Below, one piece after another: positions 1 to 9,770 of a stretch of 64,000 nt of DNA. Within the stretch, counting starts at the first letter, position 1; every line of letters begins with the position of its first letter. This DNA is from Candidatus Binatia bacterium (lineage in GTDB: Bacteria; Desulfobacterota; Binatia; Bin18): contig CAXXHG010000046.1 in the NCBI GenBank assembly GCA_963666315.2, positions 107,803 to 171,802 of the forward strand, written 5' to 3'. Below the pieces are notes generated by a model. That model was not told the origin of the DNA and searched no databases. It saw nothing but the letters and a program-made list of their open reading frames with translations. Position numbers and translations under genes: made by a program.

Positions 1-313
1 GTAAATTGCTGTGTGTCACAGTGTGGGCGGGATACGAAGGAATAGAGCACAACCCGTGCCAACCGCTCAGGAATGAGCACGCTCTTTCTGTATTTCAAGT
101 TATTTCAATATGTTATAGCGTCAAAGCACGGTGAAGGTAGGCAGACGGGTCCCCAGCGGTCTCATCCATCGAGACCGTTCTGATATATCGCTTTGATGAG
201 TTATGGCGAAACGATATGGCCGCTTGAAGTCGCCAATCAGCGCGCCGGTAGGGGTATTTCGATAGTCGTGTGGGGAGCCGGCGGCCTCCACTGCCAAGAC
301 GCCCGAGTCCTCA

Positions 314-943
314 TTGAGGTGCGACTCGCCAAAGTATCTAGAAAAGAAGAAGGCGAAATATCATTTGGACAGACAGTCCCGAAGAGCACAATGTCTCACC
401 GCCGGTTCTAAGAACCAGGAAGTGTGTTTCCGTACTGACAGGTTAGGATTGAACATCAACTGTTCAGGCGTCGGCTATGGGCGGATTTGTAGCCACCTTC
501 CTGGCCTGGACGGCTATCTCCGGGGATTTACCGTCAATGAGAGACGACTCAAGCTGTCGCCCGAGCATCAGGCAATGTGTCGTGGGTGGCTACGGCTCGC
601 AAATGACGAGAACGAGTCGATGCATTGGCTATCGATCTACGACGTGATCATCAAAAAATTGCGCGGTGGAAAGGCGATTCCGGAGCTGGTTTTTTCAATG
701 GCACACTTTCCTGCTCACTGGTCAGCCCGGATTTACGAAGACATTTATCCGGGCCGGAAGGAGAAAAGCGCCGCGGAGAAGAGCGGTATGGGCAGAATGC
801 CACTGTACCTGTGCGCTTTGTGCGACCTAGCTGAGGAGGGTAAGGTGGAAGGGATACTCGATCACGAAGGAGGATACCGTTGGCGCCGCATCTTACAGCG
901 AGACCAAAGGCGACCCGAAGTCGTCAAGGGTGAACTCACCTAG
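314..943 (+). CDS. hypothetical protein
   Basis: 209-codon ORF; no family motif recognised; start uncertain. Confidence 0.3.
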   Translation: MRCDSPKYLEKKKAKYHLDRQSRRAQCLTAGSKNQEVCFRTDRLGLNINCSGVGYGRICSHLPGLDGYLRGFTVNERRLKLSPEHQAMCRGWLRLANDENESMHWLSIYDVIIKKLRGGKAIPELVFSMAHFPAHWSARIYEDIYPGRKEKSAAEKSGMGRMPLYLCALCDLAEEGKVEGILDHEGGYRWRRILQRDQRRPEVVKGELT

Positions 944-1006
944 AAACGTGGGCTTGTTTTGAAGAGCGTAGGTATGGAAGGGAACCGCATGGAAGATCGA
1001 TTGTTC

Positions 1007-1064
1007 CACATCATGCACATCATGCACATCATGCACATCATGCACATCATGCACATCATGCATG
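1007..1064. repeat. 9-bp tandem repeat (CACATCATG x6 plus a partial unit)
   Basis: Six perfect consecutive units read directly; produces the artefactual MMCMMC ORF 940..1161(-). Confidence 0.95.
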
Positions 1065-1215
1065 AAAGAAAGTGAATGGAGGTTAGAGTTTTGACGGTGC
1101 GGATACTCGGAAATATTTGGAAACGAACAATGCCTAACAAGAAGAAAAGAGGAGAGAGCATTATGAAGTGGGAATGGACGCTGAAGTCAGCATGTACATT
1201 CTCGTGTCTGAGTAA

Positions 1216-1392
1216 TCACGCAGCCGACTGACACAGACTATTTTCCAAAATATGGCGGATGGTCGAGGCGTACCATGTTCGCCCGTTCTTCGTCGGCACC
1301 TTGCGGGTGTTGAGTGTCCCAGCAATCTGCCGCAAGGTATGCCCCTCCTGGCGTTGTTGCCGTATCCATTCAACCGTCTTTAGCTGGCCAGC
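1216..1392 (-). pseudogene. C-terminal remnant of a serine-recombinase-type gene
   Basis: EGHTLRQIAGTLNTRKVPTKNGRTWYASTIRHILEN resembles the recombinase-domain segment (IA..LN..G.PT..G..W..ST....IL.N); no catalytic N-terminal domain; the upstream part of the ORF overlaps the Sel1 gene. Confidence 0.4.
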
Positions 1393-1426
1393 ACCAGCCC
1401 TGAATTGACGGTTCGCCTGCAAGGAC

Positions 1427-1999
1427 TCATTGGGTCTTCTGTCGCCATTCCCGTGCCATTTTCTGGGCCTCTGCCACCTGCGCAGGGCGGATCTTTGCTT
1501 CGACAGCAGCCCGACGTTTAACTGCCTGGCTGCGATCATATCCGGTTAAGTGCGCCGCGGCGAGATTATACCACTTGTGTGCCTGCACATAATCCTGCAC
1601 TACGCCCCGGCCGTTGTCGTACATGACTCCGAGGTTGTTCTGCGCCGAGGCCTGTCCTTGATCGGCGGCGAGCCGGTACCACTCCACGGCTGCCTCATAA
1701 TCCTGCACCACGCCCTGGCCGTTGTCGTACATGACTCCGAGGCTGTGCTGCGCCCCGGCCTGTCCTTGATCGGCGGCGAGTCGGAGCCACTTCCCGGCTG
1801 CCTCATAATCCTGCACCACGTCTTGACCGGCGTCGTACATGCCTCCGAGGTTGCTCTGCGCCTCGGAGGCACCTCGGGTGGCTTGCGCTCGAAGCGCGGC
1901 AATGTCATCAGCCTGATCACCGCAGCCCTGCGCCAGCATCAGGCTAAGCAGCAGCAGGAAAACCATACCCATTCGTCCTTGGTTCTGAAGATATTGCAT
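1427..1999 (-). CDS. Sel1-repeat (SLR/TPR-like) protein, probable lipoprotein
   Basis: Signal peptide ending LAQGC; three tandem ~36-aa units of the form AQ.NLG.MYD.G.GVVQDY.EA..WYRLAADQG. Confidence 0.85.
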   Translation of the reverse strand: MQYLQNQGRMGMVFLLLLSLMLAQGCGDQADDIAALRAQATRGASEAQSNLGGMYDAGQDVVQDYEAAGKWLRLAADQGQAGAQHSLGVMYDNGQGVVQDYEAAVEWYRLAADQGQASAQNNLGVMYDNGRGVVQDYVQAHKWYNLAAAHLTGYDRSQAVKRRAAVEAKIRPAQVAEAQKMAREWRQKTQ

Positions 2000-2050
2000 T
2001 TCTTACAGAGGCCTGCTCAAGGATACACAGCAGTCCATGTTGTCAAGCTG

Positions 2051-2404
2051 TTACATACACCGGCCGGTCACAAAATCGACCCCGCGGCCCTGACAGCGCA
2101 TAATCGCTTGCCCCGGGTCCTGGCGGGGGAGCGAAAACGGCGGCGCCACATCATACGGACTCACTTGCCGTCCCTGGGATCCAGAACAATTCCTGGTCGC
2201 AAAATCGACCCCCAGACCGGCCGCACCACAGCTTGCCACCAGATCGCCATCCGTGGGGCTGGCGTGAGCGGGAGACACACCGGCGGGGGCGGAGTGAGCG
2301 GCGGTCCTCAGCGATCCGGTCCACAGTGAAAAATTACAAGACGAGCCCAACAGCAGCACTGGCCCACAAAGGATGGTTCCGAAGATGACACGCCTGCTCA
2401 GCAT
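2051..2404 (-). CDS. small secreted Cys-containing hypothetical protein
   Basis: Start taken at MLSRRVIFGTILCGPVLLLGSSC (signal-peptide-like); two copies of a C-x(8-9)-GVDF-x-T-x-x-C unit; no family recognised. Confidence 0.3.
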   Translation of the reverse strand: MLSRRVIFGTILCGPVLLLGSSCNFSLWTGSLRTAAHSAPAGVSPAHASPTDGDLVASCGAAGLGVDFATRNCSGSQGRQVSPYDVAPPFSLPRQDPGQAIMRCQGRGVDFVTGRCM

Positions 2405-2566
2405 GCCCCTCCGTGCTCCACACTTTTTCCCGCTCACTCCTGACACCGCCGGATACTGGCCTGAGCTTTTATGCGGCCCGGGCGTACTGCCATGTACTCC
2501 TCCATCTACGTGAAACGACGTTCTCTCAGCCTCAACTACTTAACCCGAGGAAATATCGGTCACTGT

Positions 2567-3193
2567 CTACGTCTCAGCGAACTCAATCCTCAACGGCGTG
2601 CATTGCTGACCATTGGGTCTCTGGCCATCGATTTCTATATCATACGGACACGCCGAGACTGCAACTAAGCAGTCCATCAGAGCCCTGAGTGCAATATATT
2701 CACCCGCTTGGGTTGCCGCAGGCCGACCATCAACGGACCCGTCGGCCCGCACGCGGGTATATTGGAACAGGTTAATCGGATCCGGCACATCAAGATAACC
2801 AAGACCGTAAGGCTCCACGGCCAGGGTGAGATTGTCTCGACAATTACGATGGTTGACAGCTCCGGCAGCCACATATAAGGCGCTGCTGCACGGAGCAAAA
2901 AGGGCGTCGTGTACACCGTTCGCCTGATCCTCAACAATCTCGAACATGGGGTGCTGGAGGTTTGAGTAGAATTTACTGTTGACCGTAAAATGCATGGAAC
3001 CACTACCAATCAAAGTATTGAAGTTCACGGTTTCACCCGTAGAGAGTTTTTCTGCCAGGCTATGGAGGTGAAAACATACGAAATCGCAGATCTGCTGGCC
3101 CTCCACGTCGATAATCCGAATCGTTTCACCTTGCCGGACCACACAGGCTCCCCCTTCGGTTGCCGGAATAAGAATGTCTCGTTTGTCTGTCAT
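2567..3193 (-). CDS. DUF1989 (urea-carboxylase-associated, YcgI-like) family protein
   Basis: Overall resemblance to DUF1989 proteins (IRIIDVEGQQICDF.., NCRDNL.., VPDPINLF.., ALMDCLVAVSACP). Confidence 0.6.
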   Translation of the reverse strand: MTDKRDILIPATEGGACVVRQGETIRIIDVEGQQICDFVCFHLHSLAEKLSTGETVNFNTLIGSGSMHFTVNSKFYSNLQHPMFEIVEDQANGVHDALFAPCSSALYVAAGAVNHRNCRDNLTLAVEPYGLGYLDVPDPINLFQYTRVRADGSVDGRPAATQAGEYIALRALMDCLVAVSACPYDIEIDGQRPNGQQCTPLRIEFAET

Positions 3194-3368
3194 GGCTCAA
3201 TCCTCCTGCCCCTTTTATTTTTTGCTGACGGTTCCCGATCACTGTCGAAAAGTTTTCATCTTTACGCAACCCCGGTCTTTTCCTTGACACTCGGCGCAAG
3301 ACAGAGCTAGGGTCCGTCTCAAGGGGAGAGCTCACCTGAGTATCTCGCGAAAGGAGGAGGAGAAGACC

Positions 3369-4586
3369 ATGACTAGGGGAATGACCAAAAGTGGTTTTAT
3401 GGCAGCCCAGCTGCCGTTGTCCCAAGCCTCGACATTACCATCTCACTGTTACACATCACGCGAGTTTTATGAGCGAGAAGTCGAGCACATCTTCTTGAAA
3501 GAGTGGCTGTGCACCGGGCGGGTAGATCAGGTGGAGAAACCTGGAGATTTTTTTACATTGACTCTATTAGGAGAACGACTGATCGTCGTGCGCGATGAGG
3601 AAAATCAGGTCCGGGTATTATCGAATGTCTGCCGCCATCGCGCAACGCAAGTCGTCGAAGGACAGGGGAATCGGCGCACTTTTGAGTGTCCCTACCATGG
3701 TTGGACGTACTCCTTGAAAGGAGAACTCATTGGCGCGCCTGAGATGCAACGGACCGACAACTTTGACAAAAACCAGTGTCAATTAGCCTCGCCCCGGGTC
3801 GAGACGTGGGAGGGGTTCATCTTTGTCAATTTTGATCAGCAGGCACAGCCGCTTGGGCCCAAGCTCACTCCCCTCTCCCAGCGATTGGAGCACTATCATC
3901 TCAGTGAGATGCGGACCGTCAAAACGTTGGTGTATGAGAGCAACTGGAACTGGAAAATTATGGTTGAGAACTATATGGAGGCCTACCACGTTCTTGGCCT
4001 GCATAAGGGACCGCACGACGTGATGCCCGTCCATTCCGTCCATGATGCTTCGCCTCAGGCGTACAATATTACCAACACGGCGTATAACGGCGTGTTTGGG
4101 GTCATCTGGGGGGATTTTGCTACACCGGGCGCAACGTTTTATTCGCCGGGGGTGACGGGAGCCGAGTCCGGTAAGACCGAGTGGTTGCCTTCTCCTTTCC
4201 CGTTGATTGAGAGCTTATCCGCCGAAGAACGCCAGCGCGGCGACTTCGTTAATATCTATCCAACGCATCTCTTTACGCCGCTGCCTGACGGCATGTTTTA
4301 CGGACAGATCTTGCCGCAGGCGGCCGACCGGATTACGTGGAGTCTGACACTGTGCTTTCCTCCGGCAGCCATGGAGATGCCAGACTTTGAGCAACAGCTC
4401 GAACAGGCGGTCGAAGGGCTCGAGTACATAAATAAGCAGGATATGTGGGCGTGTGCGTCGGTCCAGCAGGGGTTAGCTTCGCGCATGGTGCGGTCTGGAC
4501 GCTACTGCCACTTGGAAGAATGCATCCATCAGCTGGCTCAATACGTTATGGGCCGGATGCAAGACGAAGGACGTCTCACCCAATGA
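3369..4586 (+). CDS. Rieske [2Fe-2S] aromatic-ring-hydroxylating oxygenase, alpha subunit
   Basis: Rieske motif CRHR-x17-CPYHGW, followed by a catalytic-domain-sized C-terminal part (NYMEAYH..). Confidence 0.85.
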   Translation: MTRGMTKSGFMAAQLPLSQASTLPSHCYTSREFYEREVEHIFLKEWLCTGRVDQVEKPGDFFTLTLLGERLIVVRDEENQVRVLSNVCRHRATQVVEGQGNRRTFECPYHGWTYSLKGELIGAPEMQRTDNFDKNQCQLASPRVETWEGFIFVNFDQQAQPLGPKLTPLSQRLEHYHLSEMRTVKTLVYESNWNWKIMVENYMEAYHVLGLHKGPHDVMPVHSVHDASPQAYNITNTAYNGVFGVIWGDFATPGATFYSPGVTGAESGKTEWLPSPFPLIESLSAEERQRGDFVNIYPTHLFTPLPDGMFYGQILPQAADRITWSLTLCFPPAAMEMPDFEQQLEQAVEGLEYINKQDMWACASVQQGLASRMVRSGRYCHLEECIHQLAQYVMGRMQDEGRLTQ

Positions 4587-4916
4587 ACCGCACGGCGGGC
4601 AGCACGTGCTTTTACCACTACCTTTTCCGCCTTTTGGAATAATGCTTCACTTTGCTGCCGGCGCGCCAGTTCCTCTTTGATGCTGTCAATATTCTGTCTG
4701 ACAGCACCCGCTAGCGCACGCGGGAGCCGCTTCATTAGCAGGGGGTCCCAATGGCGGAGAAAAGAAAAATCATGAGTAGTCAGAGGGTCAACGCGTCGGC
4801 CCTGTGACTGCCCTTGGTGACTGTGAAGTGGCTGGGTGTGCTTTGCGGCGTTTGGAAATAAGAAAAGGTGGGAATTGATGGCAATTGATTTTTCACAGAC
4901 CCTCCCGTGTCCTCCG

Positions 4917-5348
4917 CTACTCGCACTTTTTCAGTCCCTTCTGAATAAGTCCGGACAAATTCGCCAGGGGTCTTCGTCCAGTTGCCGCAACGGTGCCCGC
5001 GAGTGCCTCGTAACATGTTGCGGTGTGATTTCCACAGGGAGGAATATGGAGCGCGGTAGCGTGTCCTTCGCGTAGGAGAACTTCATTAACAACAGTTGCG
5101 CCGACAATCACATAAGCCAGTGTACGGCCATATCGATCTTTCGCATTCTCCTCACAGTCATCAAGCGTGACGGTCTTTCCTTCAACAAGGGCGACATTAC
5201 GTGCTGTTGCCGCACCGAATCCCTTGTCTCCACGCTCAGGGGTATTGATAACCTGGAATACCGCAGCGCGTTCTCGTAAACTCGACGCCCAAGCACGGTT
5301 TCTGGAAGAGAGAGTACCGGACGTCATTAGCCCTCTAGAAAGTCTCAC
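4917..5348 (-). CDS. thermonuclease (staphylococcal-nuclease-like) family protein
   Basis: ..INTPE..(16).. KDRYGRTLAYVIVGATVVNEVLLREGHA matches the SNase core pattern (DTPE ... D.YGR.LAYV ... N..L...G.A); N-terminal part atypical. Confidence 0.5.
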   Translation of the reverse strand: MRLSRGLMTSGTLSSRNRAWASSLRERAAVFQVINTPERGDKGFGAATARNVALVEGKTVTLDDCEENAKDRYGRTLAYVIVGATVVNEVLLREGHATALHIPPCGNHTATCYEALAGTVAATGRRPLANLSGLIQKGLKKCE

Positions 5349-5671
5349 CGCTGACGTTTGCCGTGTGGCATACCACGCTGCCAGGTATAGGTTTGCCTTT
5401 TGTCAGGTCGAGTCTGCCAGATAAACTTGCGGGGACGAGGAAGCGGCACCTTGAAGCGGAGGGGCTGAGTCAGAATACGCCGGTCACCTCAAGCCTCGCC
5501 AGGAGTCTCCGTTTTACTCTCGCGCCTGTTGTGAAAATTCGCGGGACTTTCACGGGAATTCGGGGGGAATGGAGAGGAATGGGGAGTAGTCACCGTGGCC
5601 CGTAACCCCTGTAGAATTAAAGCTTTTTGCCTCTTTTCGGGGGGTTACGAAACTCACGGTTTGTGTTTCCT

Positions 5672-5995
5672 TCAAACACCAGTGATCTCATTGAGTTCCT
5701 CAGGGGTAGGTGAGTATCCAGAACCCTTAACGTGGGTACGCAGGGGACTGGCAATCTGCCTCATCAGACTGCTATTCTGCAAAACATAGAGCGTTTCTTC
5801 CTCCCGCTCCCAGTCCTCCGCAACCACCACCACAAAATCGTCACCACCACGTCGTGTAACCTTGAGTGGAAGGTGCCGGTCCACTATTTGTTCAACAAAG
5901 GATTTTAAATGTTCTCTAAATTTGTTTACACTGACACTATCTACCTTGGCAGCCTTTTTGATGTACTGAATTTGTGTACATACTAGTCTGAGCAC
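5672..5995 (-). CDS. Phd/YefM-family type II antitoxin (no toxin partner)
   Basis: SVSVNKFREHLKSFVEQIVDRHLPLKVTRRGGDDFVVVVAEDWEREEETLYVLQNSSL is the canonical Phd/YefM fold signature; start may be GTG at 5995 or ATG at 6049. Confidence 0.7.
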   Translation of the reverse strand: MLRLVCTQIQYIKKAAKVDSVSVNKFREHLKSFVEQIVDRHLPLKVTRRGGDDFVVVVAEDWEREEETLYVLQNSSLMRQIASPLRTHVKGSGYSPTPEELNEITGV

Positions 5996-6110
5996 TTGGA
6001 CAAAGCAATGCAACGTACCGGATGTGTCCGCATAGGTCGCACAGGCCACGCGACGATCATCTCATTTCGTCGGCTGTCGAAAAAATGCGGAGATCTTATA
6101 TTCTCAGGAC

Positions 6111-6935
6111 ATGAACGAACTGCAATCGCAATTCCGTAAAGACGGCGTCGTCTTCATTCAAGGCGCGCTCGACCGCAACACGCTGAAACTAGCCGAGGCA
6201 GCCTTTGACTGGACCTTCAATAATCCGGGGCCTGGCGCTGGGGACCTTCTCATCGGCACACCGGGTACGTTTTATCAGGACCAGGCGAACCCGGAGTGTT
6301 TCGATGCCTACCGTGAACTCTTACAGGACACCTGCATCCCTGATCTCGTAGCCGGGCTACAGGCGAGTGATAACGTATGGTTCTTGTATGAGCAGATCTG
6401 GTTTAAGGACGGTGGCAATACACGGCGTACACCCTGGCATCAGGATCTCCCCTATCTCCCCGTCGAGGGCGATGATCTCGGCGTTTTGTGGACGAACTTG
6501 GATCCGGTCACGCAGGATACGTCACTGGAACTCGTCCAAGGCTCGCACCGTGGCCCGCTATTTAATCCCACGGCCTTTAACCCGGACGACGTAAGCGCTG
6601 CTTTGTTCGACGAGGGAGTCCTGCCGCCCTTGCCGGATATCGAGGCGGCACCTCACGAGTGGCCCATCGTCTCGTGGGCGATGCAGCCCGGCGATGTCAT
6701 CATCTTCCATCCCGCCATGCTGCACGGTGGCGCGCCGACCTACGCAGGCCAGCGTCGCCGGACGCTGTCCGTCCGTTTTTTCGGCGATCATACTTTCTGC
6801 TCGGACCTACCCCACAAAGGCTTAGCCGACGTCGACGGACTCAAGCACGGCGGCGACCTGCATCCGCTGAAGAAAATGGCTACCGTTGCGCCAGGGACGC
6901 CGTTTCGTCATCCCGATTTTCCCAAACTCAGATAA
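6111..6935 (+). CDS. phytanoyl-CoA dioxygenase (PhyH) family Fe(II)/2-oxoglutarate oxygenase
   Basis: WHQDLPY (HxD) and distal ..FHPAMLHGG.. His; size typical of the family. Confidence 0.75.
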   Translation: MNELQSQFRKDGVVFIQGALDRNTLKLAEAAFDWTFNNPGPGAGDLLIGTPGTFYQDQANPECFDAYRELLQDTCIPDLVAGLQASDNVWFLYEQIWFKDGGNTRRTPWHQDLPYLPVEGDDLGVLWTNLDPVTQDTSLELVQGSHRGPLFNPTAFNPDDVSAALFDEGVLPPLPDIEAAPHEWPIVSWAMQPGDVIIFHPAMLHGGAPTYAGQRRRTLSVRFFGDHTFCSDLPHKGLADVDGLKHGGDLHPLKKMATVAPGTPFRHPDFPKLR

Positions 6936-6948
6936 TTTGCGCAGGTCC

Positions 6949-7341
6949 CTACTCAATGACAGCGTCGGCCTCAATCTCAATAAGCAAATCCGGATGAGCC
7001 AGGCGACTGACTTCGACTGCAGTTGAAGCCGGACGGATGGTACCGAAGACCTCGGAATGCGCTTTCGCCAGCGCGTCGAGGTGATCCATAATATTCGTGG
7101 AAAAGATGCGGGTACGCACCACGTCTTTCATCGACGCCCCAGCCTGTTGCAAAGCCGCTTCAATCGTCTTAAGCGCCTGGGCTACCTGCGCGTACGGGTC
7201 GCCCACGCCGGCAACGCTGCCGTCGGGTTGAATCGCGGTGGAACCCGAGACGAAAACCATATTCCCGACTCTCACGGCCCGCGAGAAGCCAAAGGTCGGC
7301 TCAAACGGAGAACCAGAAGAAATATTTTTCCGAGTCGCCAT
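6949..7341 (-). CDS. RidA/YjgF/endoribonuclease L-PSP family protein
   Basis: 130 aa; GNMVFVSG.. , DVVRTRIF.. , P..T.VEV..L..PDLLIEIEADA are typical of the family. Confidence 0.85.
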   Translation of the reverse strand: MATRKNISSGSPFEPTFGFSRAVRVGNMVFVSGSTAIQPDGSVAGVGDPYAQVAQALKTIEAALQQAGASMKDVVRTRIFSTNIMDHLDALAKAHSEVFGTIRPASTAVEVSRLAHPDLLIEIEADAVIE

Positions 7342-7426
7342 ACCATACTCCTTTCATCATATTGACTGCGATGCGAAAGCCCACGGAGTCTGCGTTTACC
7401 ACAGCGGCCGTCTCTCCATCAAACAT

Positions 7427-7561
7427 CTATTCAAGGATGTAGCGTCGCAATCCTTCGATTGCCGACACCACCCCGGTATGGCGTCGCTGCCAATGCTCCA
7501 GAAACGCGGCAGATGTCATGCCAGGACGGCGGCGAAAAAACTCGGTGAATTTGATAGCCAA
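7427..7561 (-). pseudogene. EthD-domain fragment (N-terminal ~44 codons only)
   Basis: (L)AIKFTEFFRRRPGMTSAAFLEHWQRRHTGVVSAIEGLRRYILE* parallels the start of each EthD domain in the 39459..40130 protein and then stops. Confidence 0.45.
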
Positions 7562-7675
7562 CGTTTCCCTCCTATTTAGAAAAACCCTATTGCGTAATAC
7601 AAGTAACGTTACCGTGCCCAAACAAATTGTATTATGCAACTCCACTTCTCAAAACCGAAAGGCAGGATTCACACC

Positions 7676-9559
7676 ATGCTGAAGCAGCTGTCAAAAATAC
7701 AGGCCGTACTCCTTCCTCTCTCGTTCTTTCTATTTATAGGCACCGAAACCTGGGCGTCGCGTGATGGCGAAACGATCTACAATGGAGAGTGCGCGACCTG
7801 TCATACGAGTGGCGCGGAGCGGATGCCAACGTTGCAAACTTTGAAAGCTATGCCGACTGAATCCATTGTCCAATCCTTAGAATCCGGCACCATGCGGATC
7901 ATTGGCACCTTTAATCTCAACGGGCCGGAACGTGTTGCCGTTGCTGAGTACATCACTGGCAAAACGTACGATCCTAATTGGAATGCTCAGCAGCAAAATA
8001 CATGTACTGACCAAAGCTGGCCGCGCGCAAAAGCTGAAAACACTTTTATCGAACCACACTGGAACGGCTGGGGCAACGGCCTAGAGAATAGGCGTTTCCA
8101 GAATGCCGAGTCTGCCAAACTCAGCCTCAACGATGTGAAAAAGCTTGAACTGCAATGGGCGTTTGCTTTCCCTGGCGAAACCATTGCCGAATCGCAACCG
8201 ACCGTCGTGGGAGGGCGGATCTTCGTTGGCAGTCGAAGCGGCGTGGTGTATTCACTAGACGCCAAAACCGCGTGCATCCACTGGACCTATCAAGCCGACG
8301 GACCGGTGAAAAATTCAGTCCTTATTGGTGAAGCCACAGTTGGCAGTGCACAGCAGCTGGTCGCCTACTTTGGCGATCTTGGCGGCAACGCCTATGCAGT
8401 CAATGCACAAGACGGACGCCTGCTATGGCGCAAGCGAGTCGACGATCACCCAGCTGCGCGCATTATGGGTAGTTTTCAGTTGATCGGGAATCAGCTTATT
8501 GTCCCGGTGACTTCTCTTGAGTCCACCCTTGTTGCAAAGGTTGCTGCCACTTGCTGTACATTCCGTGGCAGCGTCGTGTCCTATGACGCGAGCAGTGGCG
8601 AACAACGCTGGAAGCGATACACCATCGACCAGGAACCCGCAAAGGTCGGGGAGAATGCCAACGGCGCGGACATCTATGGACCTGCTGGTGCCACGGTGTG
8701 GACGGCACCGACTTTTGATGCCAAGAAGCGCTTGCTGTATATCGGTACGGGCGAGAATTCCGTCAACCCGCCGACAACAACGAGTGACGCTGTGCTTGCC
8801 GTCAACGTTGACACCTCGGATGTCGTGTGGACCTACTAGGGTTTGAGCGGAGATGCCTGGAATATGTCCTGTGGGACGGAGGACAAAGTCAATTGTCCTC
8901 AAGACGCCGGCCCTGACTATGACATGGGCAGTTCGCCGAGCTTATCCACGCTCGCAAATGGGAAGCGCGTGCTGATTGCAACCCAAAAGTCGGGAGTAGT
9001 GCATGCCCTGGACCCCGATGACAATGGGAAACTGCTGTGGCAGCGACAAGTCGCCCAAGGCGGTATTCTGGGCGGGATCGAATGGGGGCCGGCGACTGAT
9101 GGTAAAAACATCTACGTAGCCATTGCCGACATTAGCTGGGACAGTGAAGACCTGCTCGACCCCGCTTTGGCCCTGAACCCCAATGCAGGCGGTGGCCTGG
9201 TAGCGCTCGACCTTGCAGACGGACACGTGGTGTGGGAAGCGCCTGCGATCACCTGTGGGGACCGCCCGCAGTGCAGCCCAGCCCAAACAGCGGCCGTGAC
9301 TGCGATCCCGGGTGTCGTGTTCGCCGGTTCGATCAGTGGTCATTTGCGTGCGTTCGACACGCGGGACGGTAGGGTGCTCTGGACATACGACACCGCGCGC
9401 ACGTACCAAACCGTGAATAAAGCCAAGGGCAAGGGCGGTGCGCTCGATGCCACAGGCCCAGTAGTGGTCGACGGCTGGATGTACGTTGTCTCCGGCTACA
9501 GCAAATGGGGCGGGCTACCAGGCAACGTCCTGCTTGCCTTTGCTCCGGCCAAGGAGTAG
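7676..9559 (+). pseudogene. PQQ-dependent quinohemoprotein dehydrogenase (polyvinyl-alcohol-dehydrogenase-like), interrupted by an in-frame TAG
   Basis: Signal peptide, c-type haem motif CATCH, then PQQ beta-propeller repeats; ORFs 7634..8839 and 8843..9559 share a frame and are separated only by TAG 8837-8839 (VVWTY*GLSGDAWN). Confidence 0.75.
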
Positions 9560-9770
9560 TCAGGACCTTTTCTCTTGAAGGAGAAGGTGTCAGCTCATCT
9601 AGCCTGAGTGCTTCAACGCGATGCGTTGACAGGGCCAATCAGGGTGCTATGGGCAGAAGTAAGAAGCAGTGGGAAAAACCGCTGCACGAGCAGCTGTAGA
9701 GCCGTGCTCTAATACGGTATAGGTCGGTCCGATTCATGTTGGGTCAACGTTCTCCCGACGGAGGAGTCCT

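Noticed and set aside
940-1161. 73-aa ORF with MMCMMCMMC
   Set aside because: An artefact of the 9-bp tandem repeat; there is no RBS and no family resemblance.
1550-2329. 259-aa plus-strand ORF
   Set aside because: It is the antisense shadow of the Sel1-repeat gene (1427..1999-) and the adjacent GC-rich DNA. The repetitive His/Leu/Val-rich translation mirrors the Sel1 repeats, and no motifs were recognised.
4538-4735. 65-aa minus-strand ORF (coiled-coil-like) overlapping the 3' end of the Rieske oxygenase gene
   Set aside because: It overlaps the well-supported Rieske gene by about 50 nt, and I saw no RBS and no family motif. I could not support it as a gene.
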